Positions 37,074 to 49,867 of a stretch of DNA of 64,000 nucleotides are shown here, piece by piece. Where the stretch lies: NCBI GenBank assembly GCA_965112155.1, contig OZ218107.1. One strand, given 5' to 3'. Each line of letters starts with the position of its first letter. Position 1 is the first letter of the stretch. Below the pieces are notes generated by a model. It was not told the DNA's origin. It worked only from the letters and a program-made list of their open reading frames with translations, and did no database searches. The position numbers and the translations under genes are program-made. This DNA comes from Podarcis liolepis (taxonomy: Eukaryota).

Positions 37074-40062
37074 TACATTGTGTGTCTACCAAACCAATCA
37101 ACTGCCCATTGACATCTATGTCTGATGTTCCTCTACACAAGGGCTTGGTTAACTGTCCTGTTCTCCTAATACCCTCAACAAACTGCAGTTCCCAGGACTC
37201 TTTGGAGAGGCCATGACTATTAAGAAGTTGTGTAGGAGTGATTTCAACTTACAGCGTGACTATGACCCCAATTCCTCAAAATAGTGAGCAAGCTTTCAAG
37301 ATAGCCAGAGCTCTTTATCAGGCTGGAAGTTAAGCAAAGGTGTGTGTGGGGTGTGTGGCCAGCTTGGTGTTAAAACCACAACGTCTGCTTTGATCTGCAT
37401 TAAGAGGAGCATCCTTAATAGGCTAGGCTTTCCTAGGTGCTACATGGTAGGTTTTAAAAAATATATATGGAGGTAGCAGAGTTCGAGGAGGCTTTGTGGA
37501 GTGTGCTGCACTTGATCTGACAGGCAAAGTTTCTGAAGGTTCCAAGCAACCAGACAGCTGAGAAGCAGAATTGTGTTTCAATGTCAGCCAAAGGACAAGG
37601 GGGAGAGAGAGTGTGTGCACATCCACAAGAAATCTCCCCCCTCTGAGACTTTTGCAGGCCTGCTCCTCTCGTTCAAGAACAGTTGGCGTTGTCTCTTGTG
37701 GGCCACAGCAGGGAGACAGGTTGGTCTCAAATAACTGTGCCGCGAAAGGCATGTGTCGTCCTCATTCTTTGCTCATGCTGAGGTTTCCGCTTAATCTGCC
37801 TTTATTCACAGTAAGAGCTATCCAGTGTGTGCAACCTGTCCTAGCCGCTCCTGGAGGTGAACCCTCACTTACACCAGCTGAGGAGATTAATACATATTTT
37901 GGGCGGGTGAGACTTAGTTACTAAGACACCATCTCTGTAGACGCAGCACACGGGAAATGGCTTTACCCTAAAGGACTGTAAGTGCTACTAGAAAAGTGCC
38001 CACATCTAAACCAGTGAAGCATGTGGGATTTTGGAGATATATAGCCTATGCACTTAAAGTAGTAAATAATAATAATAAAAGCAGCTTTTTCAGACTACCT
38101 TTAAAGTAAAATGGAAGCATTGTTTTTGCGCTATGTGCAAGGGCATGTCCCAATATGAGACACCAGCCTGTGGAATGGGTTCAAGTAGGCCACAACGTTA
38201 TTGGCGACAAGTGTGTGGGGTTGGCATGGCAACCTGCCCGCTGTTTGAAACCACAACCAGCTCTCCTGGCGGACACACTCCTTGAGAGTTGCCTACACAG
38301 CAGCCCCCATTGTGGTGCAGACCAAGCATTTGGGAACCAGCTAGCAGCCTGAGGTGAGCGACGTTTGGCCGGGCTGCCCTAAGTGAGGACTGTGGCCTGT
38401 TGTTGTGGCACTTCTTCAGTCGATGATCCTGCCCAAAGGCGTTTTCCACCACCGTTGTGACAGGAAATGTAACCCCTCACAATAACATGTTTCCATTTAC
38501 TAAAGGAAAGTCGAAAACCTCTTGATTTTACTCCCAGCCAGTTGTAGCTGGACATAAAAATCCGTTCTGGCCTTGACAATCCATGATGAATGACATCCAA
38601 GGTAAAGGTCTGAAACCGAGGGTGGGTGAAGAAATCCCCACAGAGAAAGGCTATGGTTGATGGGTGCCAGCTCTTTTAAAAACAATGCCAGCTTGCCACT
38701 TGTGGGCAATTGAATCTGGGACCTTCTGCATGCGAAGCAGATGTTCTGGCACCAAGCTGCAGTCCTACCCCATAATTTTCCAGGCCACTTTACTTGCTTG
38801 CTTATTGTGTTTATAGCCCACCTTTTCCCCCAAGAAGCTCAAGGGGGCACACGCGGTTCTTCCCATCCTCACAACAACCCTCTGAGGTAGGTTAGGCTGA
38901 GAGGCCCAAGGCCTCCCAAGGAGCTTCATGGCCAAGTGTGGATTTGAACTTCTGTCTCTCAGGTCCTAGTCTGACACTCTAACCACCACGCAGAACTGGT
39001 TCTCATAGGTAAGCATAGGAACCACCTTATACTGAGCCAGGCCACTGACCTACCTAGCCTTGCAGTGCACTGTCCACTCCAGCTGGCCGTGCTTCCCTGG
39101 TCTCAGGCATAAATCCTTCCCAGCTTTGCTTCCTGAGATCAGTTTAACTAGAAATGCCAGGATTGGCACCTCCTGCATGCGAAGCATTCGCTTTACCGCT
39201 GAGCTTCTCATTGATGACACTCTGAGGGGTTAAGCACATGCTTAACTCTCTGACTGAGCTCGGTTGATTGTAGAAGTGCTTAATTTTGGCTCAGTTGCAC
39301 CTGTTGTCTTTGTAAGAGCATGCTTGGTTATCACAGGCTATAGCATATCCAGAAATGTATAAATATAAATTAAAAAGGAATCTGAATCTGCATTAACGCT
39401 GAAGCGCCCCGATGATTCCCCCTGCTCACCACCCAGCAAGGTTATTTGCAACAGTATCTGGGACATGAATCTTTGCGTGCTTTTGCACACACCCATTCCA
39501 TCCCAGGTCATGCTGAAACCTGACACACTGAATACTGGGCTCTCACAGAGTGCCAGTGTCCTGTTTTTAATGGTCATGGCTGACCCAGGTCAGGTTTAGG
39601 TCAGCCAGGAGGAGGCAATGCACAGCAGCCTCCTGGAGCTTGCATCTTGACGATCTACTGTTCTTTTTAGCAGGGAACTTAAGAAGTGAATTCTGGGTGC
39701 TTCCAGATGACCTGTTTATTGATCTTCCACCCTGATTGGTTTGCAGGGTGATTAGGTGGCTGTTGGCTATTTAATGAGCATTTATTCTGATTTGTTTGTG
39801 TGGAGGTTAGATGATGTTGCATCAAAGCAAGAGTTATCCTAAGAGTTTTGCACGAGCAGGCATCTGCTTCTCATTTCTTTTTGTCCCACAAGCACCCTTC
39901 AGAACTGCTCCAGCAGGTTGGAGAACCCTTTTGATCAGATTTGGGGGTCATGGTAGAGACTTGGAGGGGTGGAATGGGCAGACCCTGGTCTTATTTCACA
40001 AGTAGGGAGGCATCATTGGATACCGCCTACTCTTGACACTAAAGACTTGCCTAATGAAGATA

Positions 40063-40298
40063 CAGTGGTACCTTGGTTTACGAACTTAATCTTTTCCGGA
40101 AGTCCGTTCTTAAACCAAGGCGTGCTTTCCCATAGCAGCAGGGGACTTAATTTACAAATGGAACACACTCAACAGGAAGCGAAACATGTTCTTATTCCAA
40201 GGCATAGTTCACAAACCAAAACACCCACTTCCGGGTTTGCAGCATTCTTAATCCAAGTTGTTCATAAACTTAGCTGTTCTTAAACCAAGGTACCACTG
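40063..40298. mobile_element. Tigger-like MITE
   Basis: CAGTGGTACCTTGGTTTA / TAAACCAAGGTACCACTG TIRs with TA TSD. Confidence 0.9.
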
Positions 40299-43200
40299 TA
40301 GAGACAAAAAACCTATTTTTGTGTTTTTATTTACTTTGAGTATTTATGTGCTGTTCATCAAAAATAAATTCCCAGGGTACTTTATAGTAAGGATAAAAAC
40401 GTAAGGAAAATACTAAAATGTATATAATAATAAAAACCTAAAATATCAGCTGGTAGAGCAGCATAAAATTAACTAGGGGGAAATGTTACATTATAGAAAA
40501 CCCTTAATTTTTTTTTAAAAAAAAACTTGTAGGCTGAATATATATCTTTCCAATGAAAGATTAAGGTAGCATCAAAGGCATTTCATCAAGTCAGCTGTGT
40601 TTTAAATTTGTCCCAATGAGTGATCTGCATAATTGAGAAAAGGTGGTATAGAAATATTTCTTGCAAACTCTGCCCTTCTGCTGCCTTCATTTGCTTGAGC
40701 AAACTTTCCATTACAATGTGATCCCAGAGGCATTCAAACCAGATGGCAATACTGGGATTTGATGAGCTTTCCCAGTTGCTTGCTGCTTCTGTAGCTCTAA
40801 GGAAAGCCAGATGAAGCCTTTGTGCAGGATATGCAGCCGATTTTGTTGTAGTTTGGCAAGTGACAGGGAAAATGTGGGATGAACAAATAACTAGCAGGAA
40901 GACGTGTAAACACCCCACAAGCAAGTCAGGATGAATGCAGGATGGATGCTCATTGTCGTTAAACTACCCCATTAACACCAGAATGGTTGGTCAGTAATGG
41001 CTAACCACCATGTAAGCTTTGTGCAGCAAATCAGGAAGTCACCTGGAGTGGTCACCTGGTGCAGCCTCTTATTAGACCAAACGAAGTGTCACAAAATAGT
41101 GTGCAAGCTTTGAGTTCAAGGAACTCCTCAGGTTAGATGGTAGACAGAGCTGATGGGTCGGTGGAGAAAAATTGACTAAGGTGAAGCTATGGAGTTTGCA
41201 TCTGGTAAGCAAGATAGAATACAGGGGGAAGAGGTTGGAGGCACTGAAACGAGGCTCTGCTGGGTGGTGTGTAGATTTCAGGCTGCCCTCCCAGGACTGC
41301 AGGGATGGAGCATGCAATGCTTGTTTTCTCCATAGCCTAAATTATAAAACCCAGCTGTCTCCATCCTTTGGTGAAACACGGGTTCCTTGTAGGGGAAAGA
41401 CATCTTTGGGACTTCCTTAAAGAAGGGGCCTGGATACGGTACACCCCCAATACTCCCTAGAAGGCTAAAAAAAATTAGACTTGCTGTTTTTACATTTGTC
41501 TGCAATCCCAATTACAATATTAGGGGAGTGTGATGGAAGGATGAGAAACAATTAATTGGCATTTGATTCTGATGGAATGACTGTGTGCCTTTTTAAGTGT
41601 TCCAAGGAAGCCATAAAGCTGTCCACTGGCATCCTTTTGCAGTGATTTACCTGCACTTTAAACGTTGTGCGCTGCAGGGCCAAAGCCAAGATCTCGTTCT
41701 TGTCCTTTATTCCATGTTGTTTCTTGGAAAGGGAATGTGTCAGCAGGGGCACGGCACCGCATCTATTAACAGTTTGAATGTTGTCTGTTAAGCTCAGATT
41801 TGGAAACAAATCTTTGTCTCCCGTTTGATCACTATTGGCAGCCTCTTCTGTCCCTTTGCCTCCCCGCCCAGTTTCATGAGGACAACATTGAAAAAGCACA
41901 TCTGGGAAGTGTGTAGCTTTGTGAAATCTCAAACAAAAGACTCCCAAGTAAAATGAGAAGTTTTAACATTTGAGCTTCAGTTTTGCACATTTAGAACATG
42001 GGAAGGAAAACCACTTAGTGAATAATATTGCCATTTTGGGGAGGTTATTTTTTGCAAAGTCAGGATCTAACCTGAGCAATTATTAGTTGGTATGTTTTAA
42101 ATTAGAGAGGTGTTACTGATTTTTGCCTTGGATTTTATTGTTGTTTTAAACTAGTTTATATGATAAATGTTTAAAATCATATGAGACATTTATTTTATTA
42201 TGAACCACTCTGAGGACTTCATCTGGGAAGTGATCTACAAATTTAATAAACAGTTAAATAAAGAAAAAGTGTGGTATTTTCCTAACTTGCAATAACTCTT
42301 TGTGGGAGGTTGCTGGCACACATATTTCAGGAAATGGGTACTGGTGGAAATGTTAACAGAATGCAGTCAATGCAGTTGGATTGTACCACCTGTTCTTGGT
42401 GCAGAGCTTCAAATTTGCTCCACTTCGCAGACTCAGCCCTTATTTAAGCAGTCTGGGGCACAACTGATCTCTGTGTGCATCTGTTATGAGACTGGAGGTT
42501 AAATAAGACAGGGTTTATGTGTTAGACTTGCTGGTCAGGTGTGGCTAGACACATCCTTCTGCTATGTAAACAACAGGTGATATGTTGCCATGGGAATGAA
42601 AAATGTGTCAAGAATTACTTATTGATACAGGGCCATTTACAGGATGAAAGATTGAAAGTTGGAATTTAACACTAGCTTACTAGCAGTGCGCTTTCATTGG
42701 AGTGTTAAATTCTGATTAAACTACCATATTTTTTAAAAAATCCTACCTTTCAGTTAAAGAAGCAAGTACCAGAAAATGGAAAGCATTGCAAGAGAATATC
42801 AGAAGATGTATTATGTTTAAAATGTCATGACTGTTAATATAGTACAGTATTTTGGCTTTGAGGCTTTTGAACATTGAGATTGGCAAACCCAGAGCTTTTG
42901 AACAGCTCGGTTATGAATACCTTGCTGATGTAAATGGCCTTCTTGATGCCAATGAGAATATCAATTTATATGTATTTATATGCTTTCCGTAATATGCTTA
43001 ATGTGGTTTACATCAATACTTGTTGCAAATCCCAAAACATGTCAGATTTCTGAAATTTGTGTGTATTCATGTATTTTAAATACAGGTTAGTGGCAGATAA
43101 AGCTGTGGGGGGAAATCAAGATTTGGTGACATTCAGTAGCAGATGTGTTTTAGAAATATGGATTCCCCATTTTTCTGTTAAGCTAAGAAATAGGGACAAG

Positions 43201-44256
43201 CTTTTGCAAAAAGGGGGCTGTTTGGCATTCCTTCTTCTCCTATTGCCTTTTGGCTCAAGTTCTAGTGGTGACCTCAGTCAGTGCTGAACAAATTCTGTAT
43301 CTCTAGCCTTCAGGAAACAGTGTGATTGTACAATCATAAAGTGCCTGGACTCCTGCACCCAGTAGATGGGGTGCCTTTTTTGTTCCCTGTGTGTGAATTG
43401 CCTGGGTGTCTTTCTGCGTTTTATTTGGAATCCCACAGCAACTTGCTTGGAATTAATGGCTTTTTAATAAAGTGCCTCCACAGCTAGTCTCTGCCAGCAG
43501 ACACTCTCAAAGAGGGTTATTTATCATTCACATGATCCCTGTCTTTCTGTCTCGTGCTCTCCTGTTGCCCTTTTGTTTCTTTCCTCAGTGCCTAAAGACC
43601 TCAAAGCGGGCAATGACACTGGTAACTAGGGATGTAAGAAGGCATTGATTCCCTTCCTGCCCCATATTTGTCATATGCTGCCCTGTTTCTGTTCCTCTGC
43701 AGTTTGGCTTCCAACAAAAAAAACCTTTATTCGTCTCACTGTCTGCTATGGTGAAATTTTGCACAATTAATTACGTTATCATTACATTGTTCCACATCAT
43801 TGGTTTCATTGCAAAGGAAACACAATACAAATGGAATGGGAAGGTGAGTAATCAATTTCGTATTGTCATGTATCATCTGCAAATTGTAAACAACAGCAGT
43901 GATGTATTAACTGGATTTATTTCTGTTCTGAACATGGGATGAGCAAGTGAGCATGAGCAGTTTCCACTCCCAGTAACCTAGGGGGATATGAGCAACCTAT
44001 GATAGATATTTGTTTACGATAGCTGCTTCCAGAAGGATAGTCATGTTAGTCAGTTGTAGCAAAAGCAGCAGTCTTGTGGGGCTTAAAGGCTAACAGACAG
44101 AGGGTCAAACAAAACCAGGGACCCCACACACAATGTCCATGGGTGCCTGGGTGCCCACCAGTATCTCCTGTGCCATAGGGCCTTTGCTGCCCATGCAAGG
44201 TCTCTGCAAATATTCCTTCAAAAACCCATAATGGATGCCACCTGTAATAATAATAG

Positions 44257-45511
44257 GGCTTGCTCGTGCGTAAGTTGCCGCCACTCCTGGCTAGGTTGCC
44301 TGGTTAAACCTTTCTGTCTGGACAGCCCTTCACTTTGTGGCTGTTTCAGTCGCTAGCAGAATCCGTCAGTGGGCGTTTCTTAAACCTTTTCCAGCATAAA
44401 AGCTGTTTGACGCCAAGTCTCTTCCTACTCTCCCTGCGCGGAAGTCTTCTGCGCAGGGAGGGTGTGGGTAGCGGAGGACCCGTGCTCTCCCCGCTGGTGT
44501 CCGGCGAGGAGTCCTGGAGCCCTCTCGCCAATTCCCCCATCTGCCCCCCTTTATCCCTGGTGTTGCGCTGATTTCCTTCCCCAGCTGATGAGCTGCCTCT
44601 CTCCCTGCTGGGTCCTTCTCCAGCATCACTTGGGAGCCTTCCCTCCGCCTCTGGCTCCGATGTCAGTTCCCTGACATCCACCTCCCCCCCAGGACCCCCT
44701 CCACCCCGGCCCGACCTTTTGATCCAACTTCGTCCCTTTCTTCGGCTGACGATGCGGGGAACCCCCGGAAGGAGCTGTCGCCATCTCTGAGGATTCAAAA
44801 CCCGCTTCCCACCCGCTCTGATCCCTTCCCGCGGGGTGGGCCTCCCAGTCTGATTATTCTTCCTCCGAATCCTCTCCTCCCTCCTCTTCGGAGGCAGAAA
44901 AACCCACAAAATCCTCTTCATCGTCTGTGGTTCCAAATTGCTCCTCCCAGAATCTCGCTAGTGGTTTGGGTTTGTCCGGGAACAGGTGGTGGAATTCCTC
45001 CACAAGATACCCGTCATTGATTGCCTCCGCGGGAACCCACCTGTTTTCTGACCCGGCTTTTCCCTCCCAAGCTACGAAGTACTCCACCTGGCGTCCTCGC
45101 CACCTTGAATCGAGTATTTTCGTGGCTGGGTTGTGGTGTTCCCTCTCTTCTATCTGCGGGTGTGTGGTGACTTCTCCCTCTCGCCCCGGGAATTCCCGCC
45201 CCTCCCTGTACGGTGAGAGTAGGGACCTATGGAACACCGGGTGTATTTTCATGCTGTCAGGCAACGTGAGCTTGAATGCCACGGGGTTCACCTGCTGTGT
45301 TACCTCAAACGGTCCCAGCCGCCTTGGTTGCAACTTCTTGCACCCCCCCTTAAAGGGTAACCCTTGGGTTGACAACCACACCCGGTCTCCCACCCGTATG
45401 GTCTCCCCTTCCGTACGGTGCTTGTCTGCCTGCCTCTTGTAAATTTCCTTGGCCCGTTCCAAGTTCATCTTAAGTTGCTGGTGCAGGGCCTCCATTTCTT
45501 CCACAAACTGC
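44257..45511 (-). mobile_element. Ty3/Gypsy chromovirus fragment: integrase C-terminus, chromodomain, acidic tail, PPT and partial 3' LTR
   Basis: ORF 44854-45504 has the GPY/F module (KKLQPRRLGPFEV...KIHPVFHRSLL) and a chromodomain (ILDSRW..EYFVAWEG...RWVP). Polypurine tract GGGGGGGAGGTGGA at 44677-44690 is immediately followed by TGTCAGGG (LTR start 44676). GC/CpG-rich relative to flanks. Confidence 0.9.
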
Positions 45512-45579
45512 TAGTAATTAAAAGGGGATTATACATACTTAAAAAGATAGAAACAAGGACAAATGGTTAAAAGCGACTA

Positions 45580-45810
45580 CAGTGGTACCTCGGGTTAAGA
45601 ACTTAATTTGTTCTGGAGGTCCGTTCTTAACCTGAAACTGTTCTTAACCTGAGGTACCACTTTAGCTAATGGGGCCTCCTGCTGCCACCGTGCGATTTCT
45701 GTTCTCATCCTGAAGCAAAGTTCTTAACCCGAGGTACTATTTCTGGGTTAGCGGAGTCTGTAACTTGAAGCATCTGTAACCTGCAGCATCTGTAACCCGA
45801 GGTACCACTG
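45580..45810. mobile_element. Tigger-like MITE
   Basis: CAGTGGTACCTCGGGTTA / TAACCCGAGGTACCACTG TIRs with TA TSD. Confidence 0.92.
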
Positions 45811-46652
45811 TATAAGGGAGGGAGGGTGAAGGAGCACAGGTCTTGCATTTTGCGCCTAGTCTCTGGCGCAAGCCATCCTTTAATAAATATCCGGCATGGC
45901 AGTTTGCTGTTTATTATATTTGCTCTGAGCAACAAAACAGTCCATAAGATAGTAAGAAACTGCAAAGGCAATTAGCCGTCATGCGGGTGACCTCTTTTCC
46001 AGCTAGGTAATAATTAACCAGCAGTGACTATTTGAATGTGGTTGCAGTAAACCCAGTGAGGTTCTCTGGGCTGTACCCAAAATATTTGTTTATCTTTAGT
46101 GGTAGTATGATCTTGCTCTGGCTCCCTTTCAACAACATTTACTATCCTGTTGGGCAGTTGGCCCATTCATTCCTGGCAGATGCTGCCAGACTAGAGGTTA
46201 CTCAGAGCTCCCCCCTATGGCCACCATGAGAACAGGAGGTAATAACTATTAAAAATAGATGGTAGAATTTGAAGATCTGAATCTTTAATGATGGACACCA
46301 ACTTGCTGTTTTTTTAAAGGATTAGACAAATTGATGGAGGAGAAGGTTAGCAATGTCTACAGGATGTGATGGCTATGCTGTACCTCCCCTGTTGGAGGCA
46401 GAATGCCTCTGAACACCAGCTGCTGGGGATCACAAGTGGAAGAGAATGGGATTGTGCCCTGCCTGTGGACTTCCTGGTGCTCTTCTACCTGAATCCTGCT
46501 CCCTTGTTTCCCATGGGTATCTGGTTGGCTGCACTTAGAACAGGCTGCTGGACTAGAGGGGCCTTTGGCCTGATCCAGTAGAGCTCTTTTTATGTTCTTA
46601 AGCTAATCTCTTTCTCTGATGTGCCATGACCTTTTTCTTTCTCCTCCTCTAG

Positions 46653-46884
46653 CCATCCATTCCTGGCTCCAGGTTGGAAAACATCATCAACATCAATCAT
46701 TATGCCACCAAGAAAAGCGTGGCTGAGAGCATGCTGGATGTGGCGCTCTTCATGGCCAACGCTGCGCAACTGAAGGCAGTGCTGGAACAGGGGACGTCCT
46801 TCCAATATTATGCTGTCCTGACTGCTCTCATCACCATTTCTCTCTTCTTCCAAACTGCCATTGGGATTCTCCTGATCATTATAG
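46653..46884 (+). CDS. NINJ2: Ninjurin-2 exon 2 (PSIPGSRLENIININHYATKKSVAESMLDVALFMANAAQLKAVLEQG...IGILLIII)
   Basis: Polypyrimidine tract plus TAG acceptor at 46650-46652 and G|GTAAGC donor at 46885. Contains the ninjurin signature NHYATKKSVAESMLDVAL and the first TM helix. Confidence 0.97.
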
Positions 46885-49548
46885 GTAAGCATCTTTCTGC
46901 AGACCTCTTTGCTTCTTTCAAAAGTTCATTCCAGGGATCATCATATGAGGAAAGAGTGATACACAGCACAGTGCTCTAGTGCTTTTCACAGAGCAGTTCA
47001 GATGCTACTTTAAGTCATTTACCAGATTTCAAACATTGCCATGTGATTAGGAAGCTGGGGTGGGACTGCTCAGTGGTAGAGAATCTGCCTGGCTAAACAA
47101 ACATGCTCTCCCAAAATATGGGAGTTCCCGCCCCCCAGTAAGGAGAGGGGTGGGGAAATGCCCTGGAAAGTGAAGATAACATTTACTTTGATGCAACGTC
47201 ATCTAACCTCCCCAGAAATAAATCAGAAAAAATGCTCATAAGATAGTGAGCGTAATCTAATCTTGCAAGTAATTTTAAAGTTAGAATTAAAAGTAAGGAC
47301 CAGGAACCCGTGTAGTTTTCTCAAGGCTGTTTTGAGGGATTCTCCGTTTGACAGGCCTTAGTTAGGAATCTCATTTCCATAATGCCCAGTGTTGCTCTTA
47401 ATCAAAAGACTTTAAAAAATAGCTCTTAGGAAGAAATAAGTTGGATGCTCATTTAATGTTTGAGCACACACAGAGACATTACAGATTAGGGCAACGATTT
47501 AACATGATGGCAAAAAGAGAAATAAATGTGTCACCAGCAAAGGAGCACTGATTTACAATGAAAGTAATTTATGAAATGTATAGATGAAAACTTAGAAATA
47601 ATTACTGTATTTTAAATAGGGAAACAATAGGGACCCCCTGGCCTGTGTGCCTTCTCAGCTTGCTGTCCGGATGCTCACTGTTAATGGGACAATTTCCAGG
47701 CCACTTTTGCTCTCCCTTCTTAGGTTTCTGCATCTTTCAACCGGAGAGAGGATGCTTTCGAATACAGGGCCACCTTTTTGAAGTAGGAAACAAGGCTGCT
47801 CTACCCAAGCTGCCCTACACAGCCTCTACCACCCCCGCCTGCCTAAACCCCATCATTTGCAGCTATAACCCCCATCCCTTTCTCCCTTTCACCTCCCTTC
47901 TCCCCCGCATTCCATTGCTGCCCCTACAGTTAATATACAGAGGGCTACAGTCTCCAGAGCTGTCTGGCCCGACCCCAGGTCAGCCCCACTGTCCCCTTAC
48001 ATGATAAGACTTACATGATAAACACAGGCCTGTCTTTCTCCGCTTGTGAGTTTGGCATTGAAAGGAATGGCGGAGGTCGTGAACTTGGGCTACAGCTAAT
48101 GCTGCATCAATGGAATCTCTTCTCTCGTTATGGGGCCTGACCGCAAACATTCCTCAGCATCCGCAGCTGCTGTTGGCCTCCAGCCTCTGGCTTGCCCTAG
48201 AGAACCAAAGCCATCTAAAAATGGAAATATCTGGTGTGTGTCTCATAGTCATCTGCTTCAAGCTTTTGCCAGCTTGGCTAGGCCTGATGGGAGTTATAGT
48301 CCAGAACTGCTGGAGGGCACCAGATTCGCAAAGGCTGGATGTAGTCTGCTTTATTTTTTAAAAAATAAAATGGTCCTCGCCATTTTGGATGGTTGCCTTT
48401 GGTTTTAGAGTTAGCTCACACTGAAGAGGTGGCTGCATCTAAGGCATTGCACAAAGCGACAGACCACAGCAGGTTTTCCTCAATTTGGTGTCCTCTAGAT
48501 GGCTTGGACTGCAATTCCTAGCCGCCCCAGCATCATACAGCTGAGCTCACTAGAACTAATGGGAGATGTAGTCCAAAACACCAGGGTGTGGACACCAGGC
48601 TAGAGAAGGCTATAAGAAAACCACTTTTTGCCACTGAGCACAGCAAGTCCTGGCTCTGTGAAGAGTGTAACCTGGACAATAAACATGCTTTCCAGAACAT
48701 TTTTGGCACACTCATGCTTGACTTTTCAGGTGTATATTTGTGCATCAATAAAGAAGGGCAGGATTTAGCTTCCTTTTTGTGGGAGAGATCCCTGGAAACC
48801 TGAGGGTTGTAGCCAATTTTAAGGCTTATCCACACCTACCTTTTGCCTTGCTCTTTCCAGGCATAGAGCCATGCTTAAAAGCTCCTTGTCCAAGCCTTTT
48901 TAGACTTTGGCTAGCTCTCCGCTTCCATGTCTCTCGCCATCCTTCCCAAACTACAGCTTCCCACTTGGAGCTAGGGTGGGAAAAAATGGTTTTAGCTCTC
49001 CGTATCTTCCAGAGAAATCTCCAGGTTTTCCCCCTAGCCATTGGCTTCTGTTGAGAGGCATTTCCCAGGCCATTCTTTGCTTTGAACATGCTTTTTCCAA
49101 ATGAAAGCTGTGGCTGGCACAGCTGGACACCAACCATTAAAGGACATTAGCCACCCTTTTCTCTAAACCACAGCAATCAGGCAGAAAACTCACGGAAATA
49201 TGAAAAGGACTTTAAGCTGTACTCATGGGCAAAATTAGGTCACAGATTATTTTTTTATAAGTAAATTTTCAACTCAAGGTGGCAGGCAACATCCTAACAT
49301 TGCACCAGGCTGCAGAGCAGAGAAGGGAAGCATAGCTATTTCATCTGTGGTTTCAATGACACTTAGATAAGAATCTCGCTGGAAGAGTTTGACCCGGGCA
49401 TTGTTTCATCACCACCACCATCATCATTTTATTTGTATGCTTCCTTCCATAGTTAAAACCATGCTCATGGCAGCTGGCATGAAAACATTCATATAAACAC
49501 AAACATAACAAATGTAGTCATAAATAAAACATCAAAAACTACACAAAG

Positions 49549-49579
<31 letters not shown>

Positions 49580-49867
49580 CAGTATATCAATAAGAGCAAC
49601 GATACCCCAGCCCAAGTGTCTGTTTGGCAGCTTCGGCTTTTGTAGCTGGAGTCAATCAAGGCTCCGCCCTCCCAGGCGGAAGGAAAGGAATAGTGTGTAA
49701 AACTGTGTTTCCTGACCTTACTTATTGGAGGAAAGGAAATATAAGCCTATTGAACATTTAAGAGAGTTATAATAATGGTGGTGGTGGTGGCACACCTTCT
49801 GCAGAATGTAGTGAGCAGAAGAGTTTCCTCTGAATTCTGTCTTGGTTTTGTCTTTTGTTTTTCATAG

